From: Gemmatimonadota bacterium
Lineage (GTDB): Bacteria; Gemmatimonadota; Gemmatimonadetes; Gemmatimonadales; GWC2-71-9
NCBI GenBank assembly: GCA_003223395.1
Contig: QHUZ01000056.1
Span: forward strand, 597-64,596
DNA length: 64,000 nucleotides
Direction: 5' to 3'
Position numbers and translations under genes: made by a program. Every line of letters starts with the position of its first letter. The first letter of the stretch is position 1. Below are positions 1 to 8,592 of this stretch, in pieces. Below the pieces are notes generated by a model. That model did no database searches and was not told the origin of the DNA. It saw only the letters and a list, made by a program, of their open reading frames with translations.

Positions 1-1
1 C

Positions 2-565
2 GGGACCGTGGCGTTCGGGTGGAAGGGCGGAATCGGGACGTCGAGCCGGAAGCTGTCAGAAAAATGGGGTGGCTGGACGGTCGGCGTTTTGGTGCAGACG
101 AATTTTGGCGGGGATCTGCGTATTGATGGTGTGCCGATTGAGATTCGTGTAGGGGCGCAGCATGCTGCGCCCCTACCCCCAAACGGTGATGGCTCAATCA
201 TGATTGTGGTCGCCACAGATGCTCCCCTCGATCACCTACGCCTAACTCGTCTGGCCAACCGCGCCCTCACCGGCCTGGCGCGCACCGGGAGCTCCATGAG
301 CAACGGGAGCGGCGACTATGTGATCGCGTTCTCCACACGGCGTCGGACGGTCGGATCGTCGGACCGTTTGACCGATACAACCGAGGTTGTCAGAAACGAT
401 GTGATGTCGGGATTATTCCAAGCGACCATCGATGCCACGGAGGAAGCGATCTACAACTCCTTATTGCGGGCGGAGACGGTCCGGGGCTATCGTGGCACTG
501 TGCGTGCCCTTCCCGTCGATTCCACCATCACGATCCTCAAACGGCACGGAGCCATCCCGCGATGA
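2..565 (+). CDS. DmpA/S58-family aminopeptidase, C-terminal part (5' end outside window)
   Basis: ORF open to the window edge. DGSIMIVVATDAPL and GSGDYVIAFST motifs are typical of the L-aminopeptidase/D-esterase family. ATGA overlap with the next gene. Carries the 28-bp palindrome at 149-176 in frame. Confidence 0.7.
   Translation, partial: GTVAFGWKGGIGTSSRKLSEKWGGWTVGVLVQTNFGGDLRIDGVPIEIRVGAQHAAPLPPNGDGSIMIVVATDAPLDHLRLTRLANRALTGLARTGSSMSNGSGDYVIAFSTRRRTVGSSDRLTDTTEVVRNDVMSGLFQATIDATEEAIYNSLLRAETVRGYRGTVRALPVDSTITILKRHGAIPR
149..176. repeat. 28-bp perfect palindrome GTAGGGGCGCAGCATGCTGCGCCCCTAC (copy 1, intragenic)
   Basis: Self-complementary. Read in frame as VGAQHAAPLP inside the DmpA-like CDS. 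Confidence 0.9.
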
Positions 566-1749
566 CCGAAGGTCTCTCCCCCAACCTGCAGCATCTCGAG
601 ACGTCGGCGACGATCGCGATTTCGGCGGAAGCCAAGCGGCGCAAGGCCGCGGGGGAGGACGTCATCGATCTCGGCGCGGGCGAGCCCGACTTCCCGACGC
701 CGTCGATTCCCGCCGAGGCGGGGATTCGCGCGATCAAAGACGGGAAGACGCACTATTCCGCCAACGAGGGAATCCTGGAGCTGCGCGCCGCGGCGGCGAC
801 GCATCTCTCCCTGCTGTCGGGCGGCCGGCCGGTCAACGCCGATCACATCGTGGTCTCGAATGGCTCCAAGCAATCGCTCTTCAACGCCTGCTTCACCCTG
901 TTCGGCCCTGGCGATGTCGTCGCGATTCCGTCGCCCGCGTGGGTGTCGTACCCGCAGATCGTACACCTCGCGCGCGCGCGACCCGTGATGATCGCCGGCG
1001 ATCTGGAGTGGAGCCTCAAGGCGAGCGTGAAGGACCTCGAGCGCATGTTGCCAGGGGCCACCGGGCTGATTCTCTGCTCGCCCTGCAATCCCACCGGCGC
1101 CGTGTACACGCATGCCGAGATCCGCGCGATCGCGCAGTGGGCGAAGGCCAAGAAGGTGTGGGTGATCGCGGATGAGATCTATCGGCGGATTCACTACGGC
1201 ACGGGGCCGGCGCCGTCATTCCTCGATCTCCCGGACGATCTGCTGGAGCGCGTGGTGCTCATCACCGGTGTCAGCAAGACGTACGCGATGACCGGGTGGC
1301 GCATCGGCTTCGCGCTCGCGCCCGCCAAGATCGCGAAGGCGATGGCGGCGCTGCAGTCGCACACCACGACGGGCGCAAATCATCCCGCGCAATTCGCCGC
1401 CGCGGCTGCCCTCGGCGACGAACGCGTGGAGCAGGACGTCAATCGCATGGTCGGTGAATTCCGCAAGCGCCGCGACCTGGTCGTGGCCCGCTTCCGGCAG
1501 GATCTGCCGGGTGTCGAATTCGTCGATCCGCTCGGCGCGTTCTACTTCTTCTTTCGAGTGGACTCGTTCGGCAAGATCACGGGAACGGACTTCTGCACGC
1601 GTCTGATTACGCAGAGCGGCGTCGCACTAGTCCCAGGCGCCGCGTTCGGCGACGATCGGTGGGTGAGGTTGTCTTATGCGGCAGCAACCGATTCGATCAA
1701 GCAGGCACTCGATCGAATTGTGAATTTCGCCCGCAAACTGGGGGACTAG
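562..1749 (+). CDS. PLP-dependent aspartate/aromatic aminotransferase (class I/II)
   Basis: 395-aa ORF with NPTG and SKTYAMTGWRIG (PLP-lysine region), AspC-like throughout. Confidence 0.9.
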   Translation: MTEGLSPNLQHLETSATIAISAEAKRRKAAGEDVIDLGAGEPDFPTPSIPAEAGIRAIKDGKTHYSANEGILELRAAAATHLSLLSGGRPVNADHIVVSNGSKQSLFNACFTLFGPGDVVAIPSPAWVSYPQIVHLARARPVMIAGDLEWSLKASVKDLERMLPGATGLILCSPCNPTGAVYTHAEIRAIAQWAKAKKVWVIADEIYRRIHYGTGPAPSFLDLPDDLLERVVLITGVSKTYAMTGWRIGFALAPAKIAKAMAALQSHTTTGANHPAQFAAAAALGDERVEQDVNRMVGEFRKRRDLVVARFRQDLPGVEFVDPLGAFYFFFRVDSFGKITGTDFCTRLITQSGVALVPGAAFGDDRWVRLSYAAATDSIKQALDRIVNFARKLGD

Positions 1750-2930
1750 AGTTTCGCCGGCCGATGTGACAGCACCTCAACTCCATTTGCCGTCATCATG
1801 CAGTCATCTTCGATCCGCACCCCAAACTTCCCGAGCTGATAGATCCCCGGTTCGTCGGTAAACACGATCCCGGGCTCGAGCACGGTCGTATTGCCTTCGA
1901 CCATGTACGGCGGCTCGTGGCCATCCATACCCATGCCGTGCCCCAACCGGTGCGTGAAGTACTGCCCGTAGCCCGCATCGGTGATCACCTTCCGGGCCGC
2001 ACGATCGACCTGCTGACACTGGGTGACGCCCGGTTTCGCGTTCTCGATTGCGGCCGTCTGCGCGTCGTGCACGATGTTGTAGACCTTCTTGAACTCATCG
2101 GACGGTGCGTCGCCGAACCAGATCGTGCGCGTGATATCCGACGTGTAGCCCTCGACCCGCGACCCGGCATCGATCAGCACCACCGTCTCGCGCGTGAGCT
2201 GCCCGGCCGAGGGACCACCGTGGGGTAACGCGCTGGATGGGCCGAACTGCACCAGGCCGCCACCCGGCGAGCCGCGGCTCGCCATTTCGCGCGAGAGCAG
2301 CTGCGCGACGTCGCGCTCCGTCATGCCGACGGCCAGCTGCGAGAACGTCGCGGCGATCGACGCTTCCGTGGCCGCGATCGCTTGCCGGATCAGGGCGATC
2401 TCCTCGGGGCTCTTGATGATCCGCAGGCGCTCGGTGACCAACGCGCCGTCCTCGAACCGCCAACCGGGAAGCGTGCGGGCGAGACGGCGATAGCTCTGGT
2501 AGGACGTCGTGGGCTCGATCCCCATGACCCCGGAGGGCCCCGCGGCCCTGCCAACGAGGGTCCACGGATTCTCGTGCTCTTCCCAGCCACGGGCGTCGCT
2601 GATGACGGTGTTGCGCTTGATGCGCTCGACCTCGAACGACGGGCAAACGATGACCGGCGCGCGACTCGCCGGAATCATCAGGAGGATCAGCCGCTCGCTG
2701 CGCCCGGGATTGTAGCCGGTGAAGTACTGGAAGTTCGTACTGGGCTCGACGACGAGGAGATCGAGTTTGCGCGACTTGAGCTCGTCCTGGGCGCGCGCGA
2801 TGCGTTGCGCGAATACTTGAGGGCCGACCGTGGGTGTCTGTGACCGCCCGACCGCCCGACCGCCGGTCGTCCGAACCGTTGCTCCCATCACCACACCGCC
2901 AGTGACCGCCAGAAACTCGCGTCGTTCCAT
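1746..2930 (-). CDS. M24-family Xaa-Pro dipeptidase/aminopeptidase with Tat-like leader
   Basis: 394-aa ORF. MERREFLAV leader. M24 metal-ligand blocks DAGSRVEGYTSDITRT, HRLGHGMGMDGHE and EPGIY..RIED. Confidence 0.85.
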   Translation of the reverse strand: MERREFLAVTGGVVMGATVRTTGGRAVGRSQTPTVGPQVFAQRIARAQDELKSRKLDLLVVEPSTNFQYFTGYNPGRSERLILLMIPASRAPVIVCPSFEVERIKRNTVISDARGWEEHENPWTLVGRAAGPSGVMGIEPTTSYQSYRRLARTLPGWRFEDGALVTERLRIIKSPEEIALIRQAIAATEASIAATFSQLAVGMTERDVAQLLSREMASRGSPGGGLVQFGPSSALPHGGPSAGQLTRETVVLIDAGSRVEGYTSDITRTIWFGDAPSDEFKKVYNIVHDAQTAAIENAKPGVTQCQQVDRAARKVITDAGYGQYFTHRLGHGMGMDGHEPPYMVEGNTTVLEPGIVFTDEPGIYQLGKFGVRIEDDCMMTANGVEVLSHRPAKL

Positions 2931-2981
2931 AGTGCGGCTATATTACGCGAGCCTCACTCGCGCGGGAAGGCGCAGAACCGC

Positions 2982-3497
2982 ATGCATTTCGAAGCACGCA
3001 TCGAGCCGCTCAACGGCAAACTTCCGAAGGTGACGTACCGCTGGGATCCTGAGACCGACATCCTGACCGTCGCCTGCAAAGGTGTCCCGAAAGGGAACGG
3101 GATGAACGGGACGGTGGATCTCGAGGGCGGGGACGGCTCCTTTGTCGTGATCGACGTCGCCGGCGGGGCACTGCGCGGCGTGGATGTCGTCACGTGGCCC
3201 GACGATGTGCGGACCGTTGCGACGCTGCAGCCGCCGGAAACGTCGAAAGAAGGCCAGGTCACGTTTCCCAATCGCCGGTCCCAACCGGGGATCGCGGCCG
3301 TGGAGGTCGATACGGCGCTGACCGTAGACAAAAACCAGTCGGAATCGGTCTTTCACATTCGGGTGGGGCGGCAGCGCGCGGCGACGGTGGTGCGCGTGGC
3401 CGATCACATGCTGGTGGAGGTCGACAAGCAGTCCCGCATCGCCGGACTGTGGCTGCTCGAGGTGCCACCCTTCCCGAACGTCGAAGCTACGGCGTAG
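2982..3497 (+). CDS. hypothetical protein (DUF2283-like N-terminus)
   Basis: 171-aa ORF. YRWDPETDILTV resembles the DUF2283 motif. Its stop overlaps the next start (TAGTG). Confidence 0.5.
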   Translation: MHFEARIEPLNGKLPKVTYRWDPETDILTVACKGVPKGNGMNGTVDLEGGDGSFVVIDVAGGALRGVDVVTWPDDVRTVATLQPPETSKEGQVTFPNRRSQPGIAAVEVDTALTVDKNQSESVFHIRVGRQRAATVVRVADHMLVEVDKQSRIAGLWLLEVPPFPNVEATA

Positions 3498-4135
3498 TGG
3501 ACGAGAGATTCGAGCGCTACGTCACCGAGCTGTTCGCCGCTGAAGACCCGATTCTCTCAAAAATCCGCGCCCGCCACGCTGCCGAGAATCTCCCAGCGAT
3601 CAACGTTTCGCCGGAAGAAGGCAAACTGTTGTACGTCCTGTTGCACGCGATCCAGGCGAAGCGCGTGCTGGAGATCGGCGCCCTTGGCGGCTACAGCGGC
3701 GTGTGGCTTGCCCGCGCGCTGCCGCCCGGCGGCGAGTTGACGACAATCGAAAAGGACCCCAAGCACGCGAAAGTGGCGCAGGAAGCGTTCGATATGGCGA
3801 AGCTGCACGGTCGCGTGCGGCTCGTCGCAGGCGCCGCGCTCGACGTCCTGCCGACGCTCACTCCCGGCTTCGACGCGGTGTTCATCGATGCCGACAAGGA
3901 GCCGCTCCCCAAGTATTTCGATTGGGGCATGAAGCTGCTCCGGCGCGGCGGCCTGCTGTTGTGTGACAATGCATTCTTCCACGGCGCGGCGATCGATCCG
4001 AACGATCGATCTCCCAACGCCCTCGGTGTGCGGGCGTTCAACGAGCTGGCGGCGCACGATCGCCGGCTGGTGGCGACGATCATTCCCGTGAGAGATGGAT
4101 TGGTCGTTGGGGTGAAGATTCGGGAGAGCGCATGA
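3497..4135 (+). CDS. class I SAM-dependent O-methyltransferase (caffeoyl-CoA OMT-like)
   Basis: GTG 3497 is in frame with ORF 3194-4135. From VDERFERYV onward it matches O-methyltransferase family 3 (VLEIGALGGYSGVWLA, FIDADKE). The upstream part of the long ORF is Arg/Gly-rich and overlaps the previous gene. Confidence 0.85.
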   Translation: MDERFERYVTELFAAEDPILSKIRARHAAENLPAINVSPEEGKLLYVLLHAIQAKRVLEIGALGGYSGVWLARALPPGGELTTIEKDPKHAKVAQEAFDMAKLHGRVRLVAGAALDVLPTLTPGFDAVFIDADKEPLPKYFDWGMKLLRRGGLLLCDNAFFHGAAIDPNDRSPNALGVRAFNELAAHDRRLVATIIPVRDGLVVGVKIRESA

Positions 4136-5103
4136 CCTGGTGGCAGGCGCTGATCGCCGCGGGCGCCATTCCGGCGGCATACGCGCCGCCGCTCAGCGGC
4201 GGGAGTACACGAGACGAGGTAGAAGGCGGCGAGCGCGCCGATCTGGTCGAGGGGAACGAGCTCCAAACGCATCCGATTCCCGAACCCCGAATCCCTCACC
4301 CCGTCTCATTTCTCAATGGCCTGCAGCGTTGGAGCGTCGTCGCGTACGACGGCGTGGCCCAGATCGTCAACGCCTACGTCGCCGCGGCGGTGTGCCGGCG
4401 GGACGACCGCGGCGTGTTGCACGCGACGTTGGAGCGGACCCGCGCGTTTGCGATCGCGCCGCTCGACCGCGTGAGCCCGACCCTGCGGCCGCTGCTCGAG
4501 CAGGCGGCTCCTGACATCGAGCCGATCGATGGTGAGCTGGTGGGGCAGCCAGCGCGCTATCTGGAGCAGGTCGAGAGCACCGTGCGACGGGCGCGCACGC
4601 ACCTCGAGCGCGAGCTGGCCGAGGCGGCGACGGCGGCGCTGGGCCCCGCCGAGTGGCTCGTCCTCGACGGCCTTCTCTCCCGCTCACCGGCGGTCGCGCG
4701 GCATCCCCGCGCCCTCGGCGTCATCAAGAGTCATGGCGCGCAGTTTCTGGAGGGCCGCGGACTTGAGCGCGCGTTGACGCTGCCGGCGGGATATCGGACG
4801 TCCGTCTTTGCCGTGCGTGGTGGGCATACCCGCACCGAGGTGTACTCGTGGTACCTGCGGCTGTGGCCGTGGGAAGGGAACGACTTGCAATATGGACTGC
4901 TGCGGGTGGAAGCGCGCGCCGATCGCGAGACCATCGCGCGCGCGTCCGCGCTGAGCGGCTGGCTGTGGGCCGAGCGGGCGCCCCTCGCGACGCCGGCCAC
5001 ACGCTGGGACCGGCTGTTGTATCCTTTACATCACGTGGAGGAATACCTGAAGGCTCGTGCGCCGCGCGCCCCGGCGGCTCGGTCCCTGTTACCGGTCGCA
5101 TGA
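4132..5103 (+). CDS. nurA: NurA-like nuclease (tentative)
   Basis: 323-aa ORF coupled by ATGA to the HerA-like gene. WLVLDGLL and GVIKSH blocks and the C-terminal LYPLHHVEEYLKA resemble NurA motifs. Assignment rests mainly on context. Confidence 0.5.
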   Translation: MTWWQALIAAGAIPAAYAPPLSGGSTRDEVEGGERADLVEGNELQTHPIPEPRIPHPVSFLNGLQRWSVVAYDGVAQIVNAYVAAAVCRRDDRGVLHATLERTRAFAIAPLDRVSPTLRPLLEQAAPDIEPIDGELVGQPARYLEQVESTVRRARTHLERELAEAATAALGPAEWLVLDGLLSRSPAVARHPRALGVIKSHGAQFLEGRGLERALTLPAGYRTSVFAVRGGHTRTEVYSWYLRLWPWEGNDLQYGLLRVEARADRETIARASALSGWLWAERAPLATPATRWDRLLYPLHHVEEYLKARAPRAPAARSLLPVA

Positions 5104-6909
5104 TCGATAAAGCGATCCCAGTCCCGATCGAACGGGTCGTTGCGTCCGAGCTCAAGCCGGCGACGCCGCACCAATTCCACTTCTGGACACCGACGGATAC
5201 GAGCATCGGGATTCGTGCGATCGTCAAAGTCGGGGGAAGTGGGACGGGGGACGAGGGACGGGTGGTGTACGGAGTGGTCACGGAAGGATTTGCCTACTCC
5301 GATCTGGCGACCCCCCTGCACGACGTCGTGGGTGCCGAAGGCGATCCAGCGCGCGTCGAGGCCCCCACCGCGCGCCAGCAGATCCGCTACTGGACCGCTG
5401 CCGTCCTGCGGCGACTCGCCCGTCTACCTCGACGCCGATTTCCTGCTCGGCCCCGAGGCGGCGCACCTCAACCTCTCCGGGGTGTCGGGTCTCGCGACCA
5501 AAACCAGCGCGGTCGAGTTCCTGCTGGCGTCGATCTTCGCGCACTTCCCCGCGCATAAAGGCCGGGTGGCGGCGGTGTGCTTCAACGTCAAAGGCCCCGA
5601 CCTCTGCTTTCTCGATCAACCCGGTGATCTCAGCGACCAAGACCGGCAGCGCTACGAACGGCTCGGGGTGCCGTCCACGCCCTTCGAACGCGTGCAGCTC
5701 TACGCGCCGCTCAAGGCGGATGGCGTCAACCTCAACACACTGCGCACGCACGCCGATCTCGTCGGCGACGTGGAGCCGCTGACGTGGGGTTTGCAGGAGG
5801 TCGTAGACTACGCGGAGGTGTTGCTCAATCGCGACGACATCGACGCCAAAGCTGACGCGTTTATTGATTTTCTCAGAGACAGGGTCTTGGGAAGAACGTT
5901 CGACGACGGCTTCGGCACCACGCACCGCGTGCAGACGTTTGCCGACTTGGACCGGCTGTTTCGCTCGATCTTCGACGGACTCGAGATCACCGCCGGGGGT
6001 CGGAGCGACACGTGGCGCACCCACCACATCGCCACGATGCGGAAGGTGCGTAACCGGCTGCTGAATATCTCGACGCGCTGCAAGGGACTCGTAACCGACG
6101 ACGGTCCGTCCAGCGATCTCCCCTGGAAGGAATTCCAGGATCGCACGGTCTATGTCATCGACATCGCCAACGTCGATCCCCTGGGGCAGGATCTCGTCTT
6201 CGCCCGCGTCGTCTCGAAGCTGCGCGAGCAGCTCGAGCGCCGGGAGCTCGGCGTAGATGCCGTGGTCGTGTTCGTCGATGAGCTCAACAAGTACGCGCCG
6301 GGTGACGGTCCCGATACCTACGTGAAGAAGATGTTGCTCGACATCTCAGAGCGCGGCCGCTACCTCGGCCTGGTGCTGTTCGGGGCGGAGCAGTTTCGCT
6401 CGCAGGTCCACCGCCGCGTCGTGGGCAACGCGGGAACCCAGATTTTTGGCCGCATGGACATGGATGAGCTGGCGACGCCGGGTTATCAGGTGCTCACGCC
6501 CGCGACCAAGAGCAAGCTCGCGACGCTGCCGATCGGCGAGCTGATGGTGCGGCATCCCCACTTTACGCAGCCGATCTTCATCCGCTTTCCGAAGCCGCCT
6601 GTCCTGCGCGGCCGGGACGGGGTGGAGCGGTTTCCGCCGGCAGCGGACGTCCCGTTCGAAGATGCGGTCGTGCGACAGTTGGTGCGTCTCGACCGTCGCG
6701 TCCGGCCGAACCAGGTGAAGGATCTGATCGCGGAGCGCGAGCAGGATGACGTACGGCGCGCGCTCGCCGCCGTGCGCCGCACCCGGCCTGACGACGTACT
6801 CGCCTACTTCCGGAAGGTGCTGGGCGCTCGCGTAGACGCCGAGTCAAACCGGCCGCGGGAGCACCAGGCAGTGCCGCCACTCAACCCCATTTCCGACGAG
6901 CCCTACTGA
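5100..6909 (+). CDS. herA: HerA-like (DUF87) ATPase, reading frame interrupted by an apparent +1 shift near 5412
   Basis: The N-terminal barrel part (MIDKAIPVPIERV...IRYWTAAVLR) is in the frame of ATG 5100. The rest (DSPVYLDADFLLGPEAAHLNLSGVSGLATKTS, Walker B AVVVFVDELNKY, C-terminal MVRHPHFTQPIFIRFPKPP) is in the frame of ORF 5140-6909. Confidence 0.75.
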
Positions 6910-6910
6910 C

Positions 6911-7768
6911 ATGAACCAGCGCCACGCCGTAGTCGTCAGCCTGGCAGTGGCCGCGTGCGGTGGGGGTGGGGGGGGTCCGAAGGTCGCGCTGCGGTTTCAC
7001 CCCCCAGCCGGGGCGGTGTATCACTACGCACTCGAGCAACGGACGCAGGTCGGCATCGAGTCTGGGCCGCTGGCGGCGATGGGTAAGCAGCGGCTCTTCA
7101 TGCGCGTGCACTTCACGCAGACCGTCAAGGGACCGGGCGAGGGTGGCACCGAAGTCGACGTGGTGTTCGAGTCCATGGAAATGGAGATCCCGGGTGTGTC
7201 GCCGGATGTCATCGCGCGCGAGATCGCGAAGCTGAATGGACTGCGCAGCACGCTTGTGTACGATGAGACCGGTAAAATCGTCCGCAGCCACTTCGAGCCG
7301 ACCCCCGGTACGCCGCCCGATCTGACGAGGCAGATGTCGAGCGGCGTGCAGGCGATGACCTTCGGATTCCCCGATCACCCGGTCGGGAAAGGCGATTCCT
7401 GGACCATTACGACGCAGCTGCCGCTCCCGCAGGTGCCGGGGACCAACGCATCACAGGCGGGTCCCGCGATATCGACGCTGACTGTCCGCGAGATCCGGAT
7501 CACCGGGGCCGACACGGCTGTGGTGGTGGACATCAAGACGGCGTTTCCGTCCGGACCGATCCACATCAGCTCCGGTGGGCAGTCCGGCACCATCAAGCTC
7601 GAGGGCGATCTCGCCGGCCATCAGCAGTTCTCGATTTCGCGGGGCGCGATCCTCGATGGGACGATCAAGGGCAGCACGAAGATGCATCTTGCGAGCGCCC
7701 TGTTCGGCGCGAAGGGGATGGACATGGTGACCGACACCGAGAGCTCGATCTTCCTGCTTCCGGACTGA
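6911..7768 (+). CDS. lipoprotein of unknown function (paralogue 1)
   Basis: Signal peptide with lipobox SLAVAAC followed by a Gly run. Shares KVALRFHP..AVYHY and GDSWTITT blocks with the next ORF. Confidence 0.7.
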   Translation: MNQRHAVVVSLAVAACGGGGGGPKVALRFHPPAGAVYHYALEQRTQVGIESGPLAAMGKQRLFMRVHFTQTVKGPGEGGTEVDVVFESMEMEIPGVSPDVIAREIAKLNGLRSTLVYDETGKIVRSHFEPTPGTPPDLTRQMSSGVQAMTFGFPDHPVGKGDSWTITTQLPLPQVPGTNASQAGPAISTLTVREIRITGADTAVVVDIKTAFPSGPIHISSGGQSGTIKLEGDLAGHQQFSISRGAILDGTIKGSTKMHLASALFGAKGMDMVTDTESSIFLLPD

Positions 7769-8592
7769 TGAAGCTCGGGCACCTCGCGGTCATCCTGTTT
7801 GCGGAGGTTGCCGCCTGTAGCGGCAAGGTCGCGCTGCGCCATCGCCCGCGTCGCGACGCGGTCCACCACTATGTGCTGACGATGCGCTATAGCAGAGACG
7901 ATGCGCCGATCGTGGCCTCAGTCGCTCGGACCGATCAGGTCTGGACCATCTACTACACGCAGCTCGGGCGCTTCACCGACCGACGCGGCGCGGGGAGCGA
8001 GGTCTCGCTCCAGATCGATTCGGCACAGCTGCAACCGTCCGGAGCCGATCCCGATCTGTCCCCAATGAATGGCGCGACGATTTTGGCTTTCCTCGACGGC
8101 CGCGGGCAGCTGCAGCGCACGGAGCCCGACACCTTTCCTGGTCTCACGCACGACATGGTTCTGCGGCTTCGGGCGATCGCCGCGGCCGTGGCCCCGTGGT
8201 TCCCCGAGGAGCCCGTCGAGCCTGGCGACGCGTGGACCGTGACGACGCCCGCCCCCCTGGAGGTGTTGGAAATGAGCGGGCAGGATTCTTCGAAACTGCA
8301 ACTGCACGCCACGCTCAACGCGCTGCAGAAATCGGTGAACGATTGGATCGCGGACGTCGGGATCAATGGTCAGCTCCCTACTGACGAGACGCGCGTGACG
8401 ACGAGCTTGGGCGCATTGCCGGCGCGATTGTCTGGAACCATGATCGGCCGGTACACGTTTTCGCTGCCACGCAGCGTCATGATTTTCGAAGAGCTGTCTG
8501 TGAGGCTGACGCTCGTGACCGACGCCCCGATGGTGGGCAGAGACACCGTTTTGTCTCGGCTCGTGACTCAGACGACGATCCGCTTGCAATGA
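7768..8592 (+). CDS. lipoprotein of unknown function (paralogue 2)
   Basis: Lipobox AEVAAC. KVALRHRP..AVHHY and GDAWTVTT blocks are paralogous to 6911-7768. 1-nt and 4-nt overlaps with its neighbours. Confidence 0.7.
   Translation: MKLGHLAVILFAEVAACSGKVALRHRPRRDAVHHYVLTMRYSRDDAPIVASVARTDQVWTIYYTQLGRFTDRRGAGSEVSLQIDSAQLQPSGADPDLSPMNGATILAFLDGRGQLQRTEPDTFPGLTHDMVLRLRAIAAAVAPWFPEEPVEPGDAWTVTTPAPLEVLEMSGQDSSKLQLHATLNALQKSVNDWIADVGINGQLPTDETRVTTSLGALPARLSGTMIGRYTFSLPRSVMIFEELSVRLTLVTDAPMVGRDTVLSRLVTQTTIRLQ

Noticed and set aside
3194-3496. N-terminal extension of the O-methyltransferase ORF, and likewise 24456-24890 for tldD and 32803-33129 for deoA
   Set aside because: The extensions are Arg/Gly-rich, overlap the preceding well-supported genes in another frame, and precede internal starts where family homology begins.
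6962-6975. Homopolymer runs as possible phase-variation switches: G5-T-G8 just after the lipobox Cys here, G9 at 9048-9056 in sbcD, two C8 runs at 23802-23818 in a lipoprotein leader, and G7 runs near 50066-50090
   Set aside because: At roughly one-third G and one-third C, runs of 8 are expected several times per 64 kb by chance (rough estimate only). They encode Gly/Pro stretches in frame, and there is no evidence of length heterogeneity. Only a population-level read analysis could revive the idea.
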